DNA of 64,000 nt from Escherichia coli (GCF_003334305.1 NZ_QOWS01000007.1); one strand, 5' to 3'; shown: positions 13,296 to 24,284, counted from the first letter of the stretch. Numbers and translations are program-made. The notes: generated from the sequence alone by a model not told the origin.

Positions 13296-14279
13296 TTAGG
13301 GCAGACCATCAACGTGCGTTGCCAGCCACTGTTTACCATCTTCCGTTTTGGTATAGAGATCGATTGGCACCTGAATCACTTTTTCACCGTCGGCTTGTTT
13401 ATTGATAACCTTCAATGTTTGCGCGAAAACAGCATTGCCCATTTTCTTACCGGAAATATCCACTACCGCTTTCAGCACCTGATTGTTTTCCAGCTCCTGA
13501 GCAATTTCGGTTGTCATATCCGAACCGAAAACAGCAATTTTTCCGGCCTGATTTTGATTACGTACCGCTTTTACCGCGCCGAGTGTCGCACCGCCCGACT
13601 CCCCCATAATGGCGTTGAGATCCGGCGTGGAGATAATCAGTTTTTCACCAACGGAAATCGCTTTATCTAAAACAGTCCCTTCCTGATTAGCGACAATTTG
13701 CGCGCCGGGAACGCGGGATTTTAATACTTCTTCAAATCCTTTACGTCGCTGCACACAAACTTCAAAGGCTTCGCAATTGATGACGGCAATTTTCGGCTGG
13801 TCAATTTTATTGGCAATAAAATAATCGGCGGCAGCGTTACCCAGTTTTTTACCAAATTCCAGTGGATCGCCGACCAGATACGCCGAGACATATTTATCGA
13901 CACCCTTTTGATTAATACAGGTGTTGTAGCAAATCACCGGAATACCCGCTTCACTGGCGCGACGAACGGTACGGCTACTGCCATTTTCAGACACTGCCGA
14001 TAAAATAATGGCATCGACATTACGCGCCACGAGGGTATCAACAAAGGTACTTTCTTTCGAAATATCACCCTGGGCGTTAGTTTCAATTAACTGTACCTGT
14101 ACTGAAGAATCTTTTGCCGCATCCTGAACGCCCTGACGCACTCCAGCGTAATATCCCTGGGTATCAAGGTATATTGCACCAATGGTCATCTCTTTATCCG
14201 CAGCCCTGGCAAATAGTGCGCTACCTAATAGCGTACCCATTAATAATAGATTACGGGTTGTTCTCATTTTTTTAGGCAT
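13296..14279 (-). CDS. yphF: Periplasmic substrate-binding protein of the ABC transporter
   Basis: 327 aa; N-terminal signal peptide MPKKMRTTRNLLLMGTLLGSALFARA; AGGAGG ribosome-binding site upstream. Confidence 0.85.
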   Translation of the reverse strand: MPKKMRTTRNLLLMGTLLGSALFARAADKEMTIGAIYLDTQGYYAGVRQGVQDAAKDSSVQVQLIETNAQGDISKESTFVDTLVARNVDAIILSAVSENGSSRTVRRASEAGIPVICYNTCINQKGVDKYVSAYLVGDPLEFGKKLGNAAADYFIANKIDQPKIAVINCEAFEVCVQRRKGFEEVLKSRVPGAQIVANQEGTVLDKAISVGEKLIISTPDLNAIMGESGGATLGAVKAVRNQNQAGKIAVFGSDMTTEIAQELENNQVLKAVVDISGKKMGNAVFAQTLKVINKQADGEKVIQVPIDLYTKTEDGKQWLATHVDGLP

Positions 14280-14333
14280 AGTGCCTCCTGTAGGGTTTTT
14301 ATTAACAACGGCTTATTCTAATTATTTTGTGAT

Positions 14334-14354
14334 GAGCGGCAGCGCGTGCCGCTC
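14334..14354 (-). other. GC-rich intercistronic stem-loop between yphG and yphF (8-bp stem, 5-nt loop, no U-tract)
   Basis: gagcggca-gcgcg-tgccgctc perfect inverted repeat in the 96-nt yphG-yphF spacer. Confidence 0.5.
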
Positions 14355-14375
14355 AAATATTACAGTTAATAGGGT

Positions 14376-17300
14376 TTAGTGAACGTAGTTAAAAATAAAA
14401 GGCATCACGGTGGTGAATAATGCCGCTTTCGGCCAGGCCGGATTAATCGCCGTCAATTCAGCGCGAGCAGATTCATATTGCGCAACCTCCCCGAGTCCCG
14501 CGGACGCCAGCATCGCCACCATCAGGCATTTTTCTTTATGCTGCTGTTGTAAATCGCCATACAGCGACAACAGGTCAGGTTGTGAAACAGCAAAGAAATC
14601 CGCCTCAATACTGGTTTTCGCCATCTCTTGCGCCCACTGTTTCATTTCACTAAACAGTTGCTGTGCGGTTTGCTGTTCACCCAGCAGTCGCAGCGCCATT
14701 CCTTGCCAGAAGAGATAATCAACCGGCTGATCGTTGTAATAACTGTGGATGTTAATGGTGCGATCGCCGGTCGCCGCCAGACGTAAACAACGCATCGCTT
14801 CAGTTTCATCGCCCTGCGCGTTGGCGCATATCGCCTGCCAGAACCAGATGTCGTTATCAGTTTGCCCCGGTAAACGGCCTTCGCTTAAATTCTCCGGATA
14901 ATGCAGCGCGGCATGAAGCAGTTCGCTGGCCTGCTGCGGCTCTCTGGCATCAAGATGCTGCCAGGCGCGTAATAACTGGTTGAGGATAAACTGACTGGTG
15001 ACCTTCCCTTCCCCGCCTTCCCACGGGTGGAATTTGCGCGTGGCGAGAATGTCCGCCGCTTTGTCTGCCTGACCCGTGAGATGCCACAAATTGAGCAACT
15101 CTGCTGTCATGTCGTCGCGTTTCAGCGCAATTTCCAGATTATTTTCCAGACGCGCCAGTCGTTTCTCCGGTGTGGCTCCGCTTAACTTATCAAGCAAATC
15201 CCGTTCGAAAAGCAGACGTGCATCCTGCGGCGCAAGCTGATAAGCATTATCAAGATAACGCGCGGCCAGCTCATAATCGTGTTGCTTATTCCACGCATGG
15301 ATCGCTAACCCGCGCCAGCCGTCGGCAAACTCCGGCGACATCTCTACGCAACGTTGCCATAAGGTAATGGCTTTGTTGTAGCTACGCTTGTTGTAGTAGA
15401 AGCAGGCCAGTAAATGACGGGCAAACCAGCACTCTTCAATACTCTCCAGCGCCGCCACTTCTTCCAGCGTATTCGGGAAACGGACAAACTGCGGGAAGAC
15501 ATCAATGGCTTTTGCGACCAGTTCGCCGCGTTCGGCTTTCGGCAATAAACTCGCCTGCAGGTAAAGCGGCAGCGTGCGCTGGCAGTCCAGTGCGTTCAGC
15601 ATCTCTGCCGCCAGGGTGGGCATTCCCCAGTTAATCAGTTGCCCGGCGGTCATCAGAGCGTTAACGTCGCGTCCCTGACACAGACCGCGCCACTGCGCGA
15701 GAGCTGATTCGCTACGACCATCGAACCAGTTCAGCCACCACAGAGTGGCGTTCAGCGGATAATCGCGCAGCAGTTTCTCGCGCTGCACACGCGCGTTGTC
15801 CTGACGACCACTTAACACCAGCAGCAGATTATGCAGGCAAAGCACTTCCTGATTGGTTGGGCAGGCGCGAAGACTTTGTTGGCAAAAATCCAGACCAGCG
15901 TCGAAGTTACCATTACGCGCCGCCAGTCGTGCCAGGCCATAATAGCCACCGGCTTTGCTGTTGCCGCTCCAGACCGCACGCCAGAAATCCTCTTCGGCTT
16001 GTTGATATTGTCCCTGACGTTCGTAAGCACTGGCGCGAATCAAACTGGCCTGTCCGCACTGCGGATTTTTGTTCAGCGCATGTGCGCGTTTCAGCGCCTG
16101 AGTGGCATACGCCACCGCTTGCGGGAAATCGGCGCGGTTATATTCCAGCATCGCCAGCGCCAGGTTACAGCGGTAATCCAGCGGATCCAGCACCACGCCG
16201 CGCAGGTAGTAATCGAACGGTGAACGGCTGGCGTGATGATATTGCTCCAGATGCTGACCGATAAACCAGGCTTCATCTGTACTGGTAATGTCTTGTGCTG
16301 CCAGTGGCGCTTTGGCGACGTCCGGCAACGGCAACTCTTGCGGCTGATGTTCCTGATAACTCAGTACAATATTGCCGTCGGCATCGGAGAGCTCAATGGT
16401 CAGCCTTTCAGGATTGATACCGTGCAACACGCCCTGGATGGCGGTCGCAGGCATCAGTGCCACGGCATCATCAAGTAACGCGTTGCATTTGCCGATTTCG
16501 CGGATCGCCAGGCGGTATCCGTTCAACGGAGAGATGGCATACAGCCCCCACTCAATCCCCCGCTTACTACGCTGGAGTTTTATCACCGCATCGCGGGAGG
16601 CATTTTGCACCATGCCCAAAGAATGATAAGGCAGGAAATACTGCTCAAAACGCATCTCTTCGTAAGCATCAAGCCAGGTAAAATCGGGCTGGTTATCGGC
16701 AAAAATACCGGTCATCAGTTCGATATACGGGCCGTTATTGTCGGTCAGACTCTTATCCCACGCCTGGCCAAATTCACTGTGTCCCCAACTCCACTGTTTT
16801 TTACCTGGCGCGATATGGTGGTTGGCAACGTGCAGCAAACCGCCATCTTCATCGTGACACCACGCGCCGACAAAATCGTACTGCGATTTTTCGGCCATAT
16901 ATGAGGTTGGAACAGGCACATTTTTATAGCGAGAAATGTCCACTCCGGCGGAGTAGTCCACTTTGTAGTAAGTGCCGGTGGCGATGGGGAAAGCGGAGAC
17001 GGCCCGTTTGCCGTGATCAAACACCGCAGTCACATCCGGTGGGAAAACGCTCTGATGCCCTTCCCCCCCTTTCACTGCCGGGTTGGCCCACCACAAGAAA
17101 TGACGCGGCGTGGCGTTACCGTTATAGACGCGGCTGGCGATTTCCAGCGCCGCCCGTTCAGGACGCAGTGTGAAACCTGTCATCACCTGTAAACCGTGCA
17201 TCGGCTCCGTTTCGCCGACCCACACCGTCTGTGCGCCGTCTTCATGGGCTTCGAGGGTGAAATCAACGGGCATAAAGGTGGTCGGGCGATGGTGTTGCGG

Positions 17301-17657
17301 CCAGTTAAACTCAATCCCGCCAGAGATCCACGGTCCCAGCAGCCCCACCAGCGCAGGTTTAATGACTTCATTGTGATAGACAAAATCGCGTTGTTTCACT
17401 TTATCCCATGCGCGATGCACACGACCGCCCAGTTCCGGCAGGATCATCACTTTGATGTAGTCGTTTTCCAGCCACACCGCCTGCCAGGATTTCAGGGTTT
17501 TCTGCTCGCTCAGCGTATCGGTCACGCCGTAGGGATAAACCGCGCCGGACGATCCCTGATAAACGCGATTTTCCAAGAACATGGGATGTATATCCTGCGG
17601 CCCGGTTTCATAGGTCGGGATCTCAACGCGCTCTTGCCACACTTTTACTGGAGTCAT
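14376..17657 (-). CDS. yphG: Large (~1,093 aa) protein of unknown function with TPR-like helical repeats in the C-terminal half
   Basis: Continuous 1,124-codon ORF; start assigned to MTPVKVWQER (ATG at 17657); heads the yph operon. Confidence 0.75.
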   Translation of the reverse strand: MTPVKVWQERVEIPTYETGPQDIHPMFLENRVYQGSSGAVYPYGVTDTLSEQKTLKSWQAVWLENDYIKVMILPELGGRVHRAWDKVKQRDFVYHNEVIKPALVGLLGPWISGGIEFNWPQHHRPTTFMPVDFTLEAHEDGAQTVWVGETEPMHGLQVMTGFTLRPERAALEIASRVYNGNATPRHFLWWANPAVKGGEGHQSVFPPDVTAVFDHGKRAVSAFPIATGTYYKVDYSAGVDISRYKNVPVPTSYMAEKSQYDFVGAWCHDEDGGLLHVANHHIAPGKKQWSWGHSEFGQAWDKSLTDNNGPYIELMTGIFADNQPDFTWLDAYEEMRFEQYFLPYHSLGMVQNASRDAVIKLQRSKRGIEWGLYAISPLNGYRLAIREIGKCNALLDDAVALMPATAIQGVLHGINPERLTIELSDADGNIVLSYQEHQPQELPLPDVAKAPLAAQDITSTDEAWFIGQHLEQYHHASRSPFDYYLRGVVLDPLDYRCNLALAMLEYNRADFPQAVAYATQALKRAHALNKNPQCGQASLIRASAYERQGQYQQAEEDFWRAVWSGNSKAGGYYGLARLAARNGNFDAGLDFCQQSLRACPTNQEVLCLHNLLLVLSGRQDNARVQREKLLRDYPLNATLWWLNWFDGRSESALAQWRGLCQGRDVNALMTAGQLINWGMPTLAAEMLNALDCQRTLPLYLQASLLPKAERGELVAKAIDVFPQFVRFPNTLEEVAALESIEECWFARHLLACFYYNKRSYNKAITLWQRCVEMSPEFADGWRGLAIHAWNKQHDYELAARYLDNAYQLAPQDARLLFERDLLDKLSGATPEKRLARLENNLEIALKRDDMTAELLNLWHLTGQADKAADILATRKFHPWEGGEGKVTSQFILNQLLRAWQHLDAREPQQASELLHAALHYPENLSEGRLPGQTDNDIWFWQAICANAQGDETEAMRCLRLAATGDRTINIHSYYNDQPVDYLFWQGMALRLLGEQQTAQQLFSEMKQWAQEMAKTSIEADFFAVSQPDLLSLYGDLQQQHKEKCLMVAMLASAGLGEVAQYESARAELTAINPAWPKAALFTTVMPFIFNYVH

Positions 17658-17774
17658 GGTGCCCTCAATATTAACAAGACATACTGAATTAAAAGATTTG
17701 TGGCAGTGTATTGAACAATCTGGCAATGTTTTCGCGGAATAATCACGCAATTAACTAAACAAGGTTTAGTGAAG

Positions 17775-18968
17775 ATGAGAGCCTGCATTAACAATCAACA
17801 GATTCGCCACCATAACAAATGCGTGATTCTGGAACTGCTGTACCGGCAAAAGCGCGCCAATAAATCAACGCTGGCCCGGCTGGCGCAAATTTCGATTCCG
17901 GCAGTCAGTAATATTTTGCAGGAACTGGAAAGCGAAAAACGGGTGGTGAATATCGACGATGAAAGCCAGACGCGCGGGCATAGTAGCGGTACATGGCTGA
18001 TTGCGCCGGAAGGTGACTGGACGCTGTGCCTGAACGTGACGCCCACCAGTATTGAGTGTCAGGTTGCTAATGCTTGTTTAAGTCCGAAAGGCGAGTTTGA
18101 GTATTTACAGATTGATGCACCGACGCCGCAGGCGCTGCTGTCCGAAATCGAAAAATGCTGGCATCGCCACCGTAAATTGTGGCCGGACCGCACCATCAAT
18201 CTGGCGCTGGCAATCCACGGTCAGGTTGATCCGGTGACCGGCGTGTCGCAAACCATGCCGCAAGCGCCGTGGACAACGCCGGTGGAGGTGAAATATCTGC
18301 TGGAAGAGAAGCTCGGCATTCGGGTGATGGTCGATAATGACTGCGTGATGCTGGCGCTGGCGGAGAAATGGCAAAATAATTCGCAGGAACGGGATTTCTG
18401 CGTGATCAACGTTGATTACGGCATTGGCTCGTCGTTCGTGATTAACGAGCAAATTTATCGCGGCAGTTTGTATGGTAGCGGACAGATTGGTCACACCATC
18501 GTTAATCCGGATGGCGTCGTCTGCGACTGTGGACGTTACGGCTGCCTGGAAACCGTCGCCTCGTTAAGTGCTTTAAAAAAACAGGCGCGGGTATGGCTAA
18601 AATCACAACCGGTTAATACTCAGCTTGATCCTGAAAAACTGACAACCGCGCAGTTAATCGCTGCCTGGCAGAGTGGAGAACCGTGGATCACCAGCTGGGT
18701 TGACCGCAGTGCCAATGCCATTGGTTTGAGTCTGTATAACTTCCTCAACATCCTCAATATTAATCAGATTTGGTTGTACGGTCGCAGTTGTGCCTTTGGT
18801 GAGAACTGGCTTAATACTATTATTCGCCAGACAGGATTTAACCCGTTCGACCGCGACGAAGGACCGAGCGTGAAAGCGACGCAAATTGGCTTCGGGCAAT
18901 TAAGCCGCGCACAACAGGTGCTGGGAATTGGCTATTTGTATGTTGAGGCGCAGTTACGACAGATTTGA
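17775..18968 (+). CDS. yphH: ROK-family (NagC/Mlc-like) transcriptional regulator
   Basis: N-terminal HTH (…STLARLAQISIPAVSNILQEL) and ROK zinc motif CDCGRYGCLE; divergent from yphG; track start is a GTG two codons upstream. Confidence 0.8.
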   Translation: MRACINNQQIRHHNKCVILELLYRQKRANKSTLARLAQISIPAVSNILQELESEKRVVNIDDESQTRGHSSGTWLIAPEGDWTLCLNVTPTSIECQVANACLSPKGEFEYLQIDAPTPQALLSEIEKCWHRHRKLWPDRTINLALAIHGQVDPVTGVSQTMPQAPWTTPVEVKYLLEEKLGIRVMVDNDCVMLALAEKWQNNSQERDFCVINVDYGIGSSFVINEQIYRGSLYGSGQIGHTIVNPDGVVCDCGRYGCLETVASLSALKKQARVWLKSQPVNTQLDPEKLTTAQLIAAWQSGEPWITSWVDRSANAIGLSLYNFLNILNINQIWLYGRSCAFGENWLNTIIRQTGFNPFDRDEGPSVKATQIGFGQLSRAQQVLGIGYLYVEAQLRQI

Positions 18969-19031
18969 TGGCGCGATAACGTAGAAAGGCTTCCCGAAGG
19001 AAGCCTTTTTTCAACAGATTAACCGTTTCGC

Positions 19032-20285
19032 TTATGCGTAAACCGGGTAACGTGCGCAGATGTCGAGAACTTTACCTTTGATGCGCTCGATAACGGCTTC
19101 ATCATTGATGCTGTCCAGCACGTCACACATCCAGCCAGCCAGTTCTTTCGCTTCTGCTTCTTTGAAGCCGCGACGCGTAATTGCCGGAGTACCCACGCGA
19201 ATACCGGAGGTCACAAACGGGCTCTTCGGATCGTTCGGTACGCTGTTTTTGTTGACGGTGATGTTAGCACGGCCCAGAGCGGCGTCTGCTTCTTTACCGG
19301 TCAGGTTTTTATCGACCAGATCAACCAGGAACAGATGGTTATCAGTACCGCCGGAAACCACTTTGTAGCCGCGTTCCAGGAACACTTCTACCATCGCTTT
19401 AGCGTTTTTAGCGACCTGCTGCTGGTAAGTTTTGAACTCAGGCTCCATCGCTTCTTTCAGAGCAACCGCTTTACCGGCGATTACGTGCATCAACGGACCG
19501 CCCTGACCACCAGGGAAAACGGCAGAGTTCAGTTTTTTGTACAGCTCTTCGCTACCACCTTTCGCCAGGATCAGGCCGCCGCGCGGACCCGCCAGGGTTT
19601 TGTGAGTGGTGGTAGTAACAACGTGAGCATGAGGAACCGGGTTCGGGTAGACGCCAGCAGCAACCAGGCCCGCAACGTGCGCCATATCAACGAACAGGTA
19701 AGCACCGATGCTGTCAGCGATTTCACGCATTTTCGCCCAGTCCACCACGCCGGAATATGCAGAGAAACCACCGATAATCATTTTCGGCTTGTGTTCTTTG
19801 GCTTGTTTTTCCAGATCGGCGTAGTCGATATGACCGGTAGCATCGATACCGTAAGGAACGATGTTGTACAGTTTACCGGAGAAGTTAACCGGAGAACCGT
19901 GAGTCAGGTGACCGCCATGCGCCAGGTTCATACCCAGAACGGTATCACCTGGTTCCAGCAGCGCGGTGTAGACCGCAAAGTTAGCCTGGGAGCCGGAGTG
20001 CGGCTGGACGTTAGCGTAGTCAGCGCCGAACAGTTCTTTCGCACGATCGATCGCCAGTTGTTCAACGATATCAACATACTCGCAACCGCCGTAGTAGCGT
20101 TTGCCCGGATAACCTTCAGCATATTTGTTGGTCAGCTGAGAACCCTGCGCCTGCATTACGCGCGGGCTGGTGTAGTTTTCGGAGGCGATCAGTTCGATGT
20201 GCTCTTCCTGACGTACTTTTTCCTGCTCCATAGCCTGCCACAGTTCGGCATCATAATCGGCAATGTTCATTTCACGCTTTAACAT
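19032..20285 (-). CDS. glyA: Serine hydroxymethyltransferase
   Basis: PLP-lysine signature [16 protein letters not shown]; 417 aa from [12 protein letters not shown]. Confidence 0.95.
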
Positions 20286-20403
20286 CCGCATCTCCTGACT
20301 CAGCTAACAATAAAATTTTTGGCCTTTATAGGCGGTCCTGTTGGACAACGGCGAACAGTATAACCGAATCATTGTGCGATAACAGGTCTTGACAAAGGAA
20401 TTT

Positions 20404-20419
20404 ACGCAAACGATTACCT
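20404..20419. promoter_or_regulatory. Candidate PurR box in the glyA-hmp divergent control region
   Basis: acgcaaacgattacct resembles the pur operator consensus ACGCAAACGTTTGCGT (left half perfect). Confidence 0.35.
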
Positions 20420-20563
20420 TCAGGCTACGCAAGGCTTTGGAGAATAAAGAGCTTGCAACCGGAAACGGATTTCTTTTCAGGTTTGTGATGCAAATTTTTC
20501 ACTTCATCACATTCTTTCTGAAAAACACCAAAGAACCATTTACATTGCAGGGCTATTTTTTAT

Positions 20564-20586
20564 AAGATGCATTTGAGATACATCAA
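20564..20586 (+). promoter_or_regulatory. NsrR-type operator overlapping the hmp promoter
   Basis: aagatgcatttgagatacatcaa, an imperfect inverted repeat of ATGCAT/ATACAT half-sites ~30 bp upstream of the hmp start. Confidence 0.55.
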
Positions 20587-20612
20587 TTAAGATGCAAAAA
20601 AAGGAAGACCAT

Positions 20613-21803
20613 ATGCTTGACGCTCAAACCATCGCTACAGTAAAAGCCACCATCCCTTTACTGGTGGAAACGGGGCCAAAGTTAACCGCCCATTTCTACG
20701 ACCGTATGTTTACTCATAACCCAGAACTCAAAGAAATTTTTAACATGAGTAACCAGCGTAATGGCGATCAACGTGAAGCCCTGTTTAACGCTATTGCCGC
20801 CTACGCCAGTAATATTGAAAACCTGCCTGCGCTGCTGCCAGCGGTAGAAAAAATCGCGCAGAAGCACACCAGCTTCCAGATCAAACCGGAACAGTACAAC
20901 ATCGTCGGTGAACACCTGTTGGCAACGCTGGACGAAATGTTCAGCCCGGGGCAGGAAGTGCTGGACGCGTGGGGTAAAGCCTATGGTGTACTGGCTAATG
21001 TATTTATCAATCGCGAGGCGGAAATCTATAACGAAAACGCCAGCAAAGCCGGTGGTTGGGAAGGTACTCGCGATTTCCGCATTGTGGCTAAAACACCGCG
21101 CAGCGCGCTTATCACCAGCTTCGAACTGGAGCCGGTCGACGGTGGCGCAGTGGCAGAATACCGTCCGGGGCAATATCTCGGCGTCTGGCTGAAGCCGGAA
21201 GGTTTCCCGCATCAGGAAATTCGTCAGTACTCTTTGACTCGCAAACCGGATGGCAAAGGCTATCGTATTGCGGTGAAACGCGAAGAGGGTGGGCAGGTAT
21301 CCAACTGGTTGCACAATCACGCCAATGTTGGCGATGTCGTGAAACTGGTTGCTCCGGCAGGTGATTTCTTTATGGCTGTCGCAGATGACACACCAGTGAC
21401 GTTAATCTCTGCCGGTGTTGGTCAAACGCCAATGCTGGCAATGCTCGACACGCTGGCAAAAGCAGGCCACACAGCACAAGTGAACTGGTTCCATGCGGCA
21501 GAAAATGGCGATGTTCACGCCTTTGCCGATGAAGTTAAGGAACTGGGGCAGTCACTGCCGCGCTTTACCGCGCACACCTGGTATCGTCAGCCGAGCGAAG
21601 CCGATCGCGCTAAAGGTCAGTTTGATAGCGAAGGTCTGATGGATTTGAGCAAACTGGAAGGTGCGTTCAGCGATCCGACAATGCAGTTCTATCTCTGCGG
21701 CCCGGTTGGCTTCATGCAGTTTACCGCGAAACAGTTAGTGGATCTGGGCGTGAAGCAGGAAAACATTCATTACGAATGCTTTGGCCCGCATAAGGTGCTG
21801 TAA
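20613..21803 (+). CDS. hmp: Flavohemoglobin (nitric oxide dioxygenase)
   Basis: 396 aa from [12 protein letters not shown]; globin N-terminus and FAD motif RQYS; aaggaag ribosome-binding site. Confidence 0.95.
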
Positions 21804-21809
21804 TTTGAT

Positions 21810-21835
21810 GTTGCCGGATGGAAACATCCGGCAAC
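21810..21835. terminator. Bidirectional intrinsic terminator between hmp and glnB
   Basis: gttgccggatg-gaaa-catccggcaac hairpin between convergent genes. Confidence 0.6.
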
Positions 21836-21847
21836 CCTTGACGCGGT

Positions 21848-22222
<375 letters not shown>

Positions 22223-22246
22223 CTAAACGTAACACATAACGCCAAT

Positions 22247-23581
22247 TCATTCCTTGAAATCGTTTGCATCCAGCTCGTGTCGGGAAAGCAGTTTATAAAA
22301 TTCTGTCCGGTTGCGCCCCGCCATTCTCGCCGCGTGGGTGACGTTGCCTTTGGTAATTTGCAGCAGCTTACGCAAATAGTTGAGTTCAAACTGATTACGT
22401 GCCTCAACAAAGGTTGGCAGCGCCGTGTTTTCACCCTCCAGCGCCTGCTCTACTAATGCATCGCTAATAACCGGAGATGAGGTCAGCGCCACGCACTGTT
22501 CAATCACGTTGACCAACTGGCGCACATTACCCGGCCAGCTAGCGGTCATCAGGCGTTTCATCGCATCAGTGGAGAACGCGCGGACAAACGGTTTATGTCG
22601 CTCTGCCGCCTGGCGCAACAGGTGATTTGCCAGAAGCGGAATGTCTTCTGTGCGCTCTGCCAGAGCCGGAATTTTCAGGCTGACAACGTTGAGGCGGTAA
22701 TAGAGATCTTCACGGAATTCCCCGCGCGCCATCGCTTTTGGCAGGTCGCGGTGAGTGGCGGAAATAATCCGCACGTCGATATCAATATCGCGGTTGCTGC
22801 CCAGCGGGCGCACTTTACGCTCCTGCAACACGCGCAGCAGTTTGACCTGCAATGGTGCGGGCATATCGCCAATCTCATCGAGAAATAGCGTACCGCCTTC
22901 CGCCGCCTGGAATAAACCTTCGCGATTGCTGACAGCGCCAGTAAACGCGCCACGCGCATGACCAAACAGCTCCGACTCCAGCAACTGCTCGGGCAATGCG
23001 CCACAGTTAATAGCAATAAATGGTTTGCTGTTACGCGGGCTGGCGTTGTGGATAGCCTGGGCGAAAATCTCTTTCCCGGTGCCGCTCTGGCCATTAATCA
23101 ACACGCTGACGTCTGATTGCGCCACCAGCCGCGCCTGTTCCAGCAAACGCAGCATCAGCGGGCTGCGGGTGACAATTGCCTCGCGCCAGCGTTCATCGGT
23201 GGCTGGCGCGGATTGCTCCAGCGCATCGTCAATTGCCTGATATAGCGCGTCTTTGTCGACAGGCTTGGTGAGGAAACTAAAAACGCCCTGCTGTGTTGCA
23301 GCAACGGCATCGGGGATAGAACCATGCGCAGTAAGAATAATTACCGGCATTCCCGGCTGCACTTTCTGGATTTCAGCAAACAGCTGCATACCGTCCATTT
23401 CATCCATCCGCAGGTCGCTGATAACTAAATCTACTTTTTCGCGATTCAGTACCCGTAATCCTTCAGCGCCACTTTCCGCCGTGACCACACTGTAGCCTTC
23501 GCTGGTCAGGCGCAGGCCAAGCAGTTTCAGCAATCCCGGATCGTCATCGACCAATAATAAATGCGCAGGTTTATGGCTCAT
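22247..23581 (-). CDS. glrR: Sigma54-dependent response regulator (enhancer-binding protein)
   Basis: Receiver domain LLVDDDP, AAA+ Walker A GQSGTGKE, sigma54-contact motif GAFTGA, C-terminal HTH; start at MSHKPAHLL (track ORF is 34 codons longer). Confidence 0.9.
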   Translation of the reverse strand: MSHKPAHLLLVDDDPGLLKLLGLRLTSEGYSVVTAESGAEGLRVLNREKVDLVISDLRMDEMDGMQLFAEIQKVQPGMPVIILTAHGSIPDAVAATQQGVFSFLTKPVDKDALYQAIDDALEQSAPATDERWREAIVTRSPLMLRLLEQARLVAQSDVSVLINGQSGTGKEIFAQAIHNASPRNSKPFIAINCGALPEQLLESELFGHARGAFTGAVSNREGLFQAAEGGTLFLDEIGDMPAPLQVKLLRVLQERKVRPLGSNRDIDIDVRIISATHRDLPKAMARGEFREDLYYRLNVVSLKIPALAERTEDIPLLANHLLRQAAERHKPFVRAFSTDAMKRLMTASWPGNVRQLVNVIEQCVALTSSPVISDALVEQALEGENTALPTFVEARNQFELNYLRKLLQITKGNVTHAARMAGRNRTEFYKLLSRHELDANDFKE

Positions 23582-24284
23582 CAGGAGTGACCTCATGGGT
23601 GGATGGCGCGGGCTTTTCACCCTCGTGCGGCGTATCCGGCGAGAAATTTCCAGCCGGTTTGCGGGTCGAGAGCTGGCGTTCAATATCAGTCAGGTTTTCC
23701 AGCTTGCGGGTGGTGAGTTCCAGTTGCTGCTGTAGAACGTGATGTTGCTGGCGCAATGTATCCAGCTCGCTGTCGCTGGCCTGCTGGAGCTTGCCGTAGC
23801 GTTGGCGCTCTTCCGCCAGTTGCAGTTGCAGCGCCTGACCGTCGCGCCAGAGTTGATACAGAGGGCGAACCTGTGCCGGGATCTCGGTACTTAGCGCATC
23901 AATGCGCGCGACCAGCTGGCGGCGCTCATACGGCGTAATTTTGGCGTCGGCGAGCAAAATCCCTTGTTTAAAGGTATTTTGCCAGCTGCCGTCGTCATAT
24001 TGGCGAGCTTGCTGACGTGACTGCGCAGGCATTAAACGATCAGCACAATCCATCGCCCGCAGCCAGTAAAGCGGATTGGTTTCGGTTGATTTACCTTGCA
24101 GCGCCCAGATGTCGCTACATTCAGTAGAAAGATAGTCAGCCAGTTGATAAACCGGAATTTTTTCTTCTGCTGGCGTATCAATGGCTGGCTTATTGTGACT
24201 CTGCACGCAACCCAGCAATGCCAGACATGGCAGCCCTGCCAGCCACAGCCGTCGGGGCAATAATCGTTGAAAAATGTGTCGCAT
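23571..24284 (-). CDS. qseG: Outer-membrane lipoprotein of the glrK-qseG-glrR two-component operon
   Basis: Lipobox LALLGC in the signal peptide; stop overlaps the glrR start by 11 bp. Confidence 0.8.
   Translation of the reverse strand: MRHIFQRLLPRRLWLAGLPCLALLGCVQSHNKPAIDTPAEEKIPVYQLADYLSTECSDIWALQGKSTETNPLYWLRAMDCADRLMPAQSRQQARQYDDGSWQNTFKQGILLADAKITPYERRQLVARIDALSTEIPAQVRPLYQLWRDGQALQLQLAEERQRYGKLQQASDSELDTLRQQHHVLQQQLELTTRKLENLTDIERQLSTRKPAGNFSPDTPHEGEKPAPSTHEVTPDEP

Noticed and set aside
14367-17773. 11-bp exact repeat ggtttagtgaa at 14367-14377 and 17763-17773, near the yphG stop and the yphH start
   Set aside because: Hundreds of 11-mer repeats are expected by chance in 64 kb and there is no further flanking similarity.
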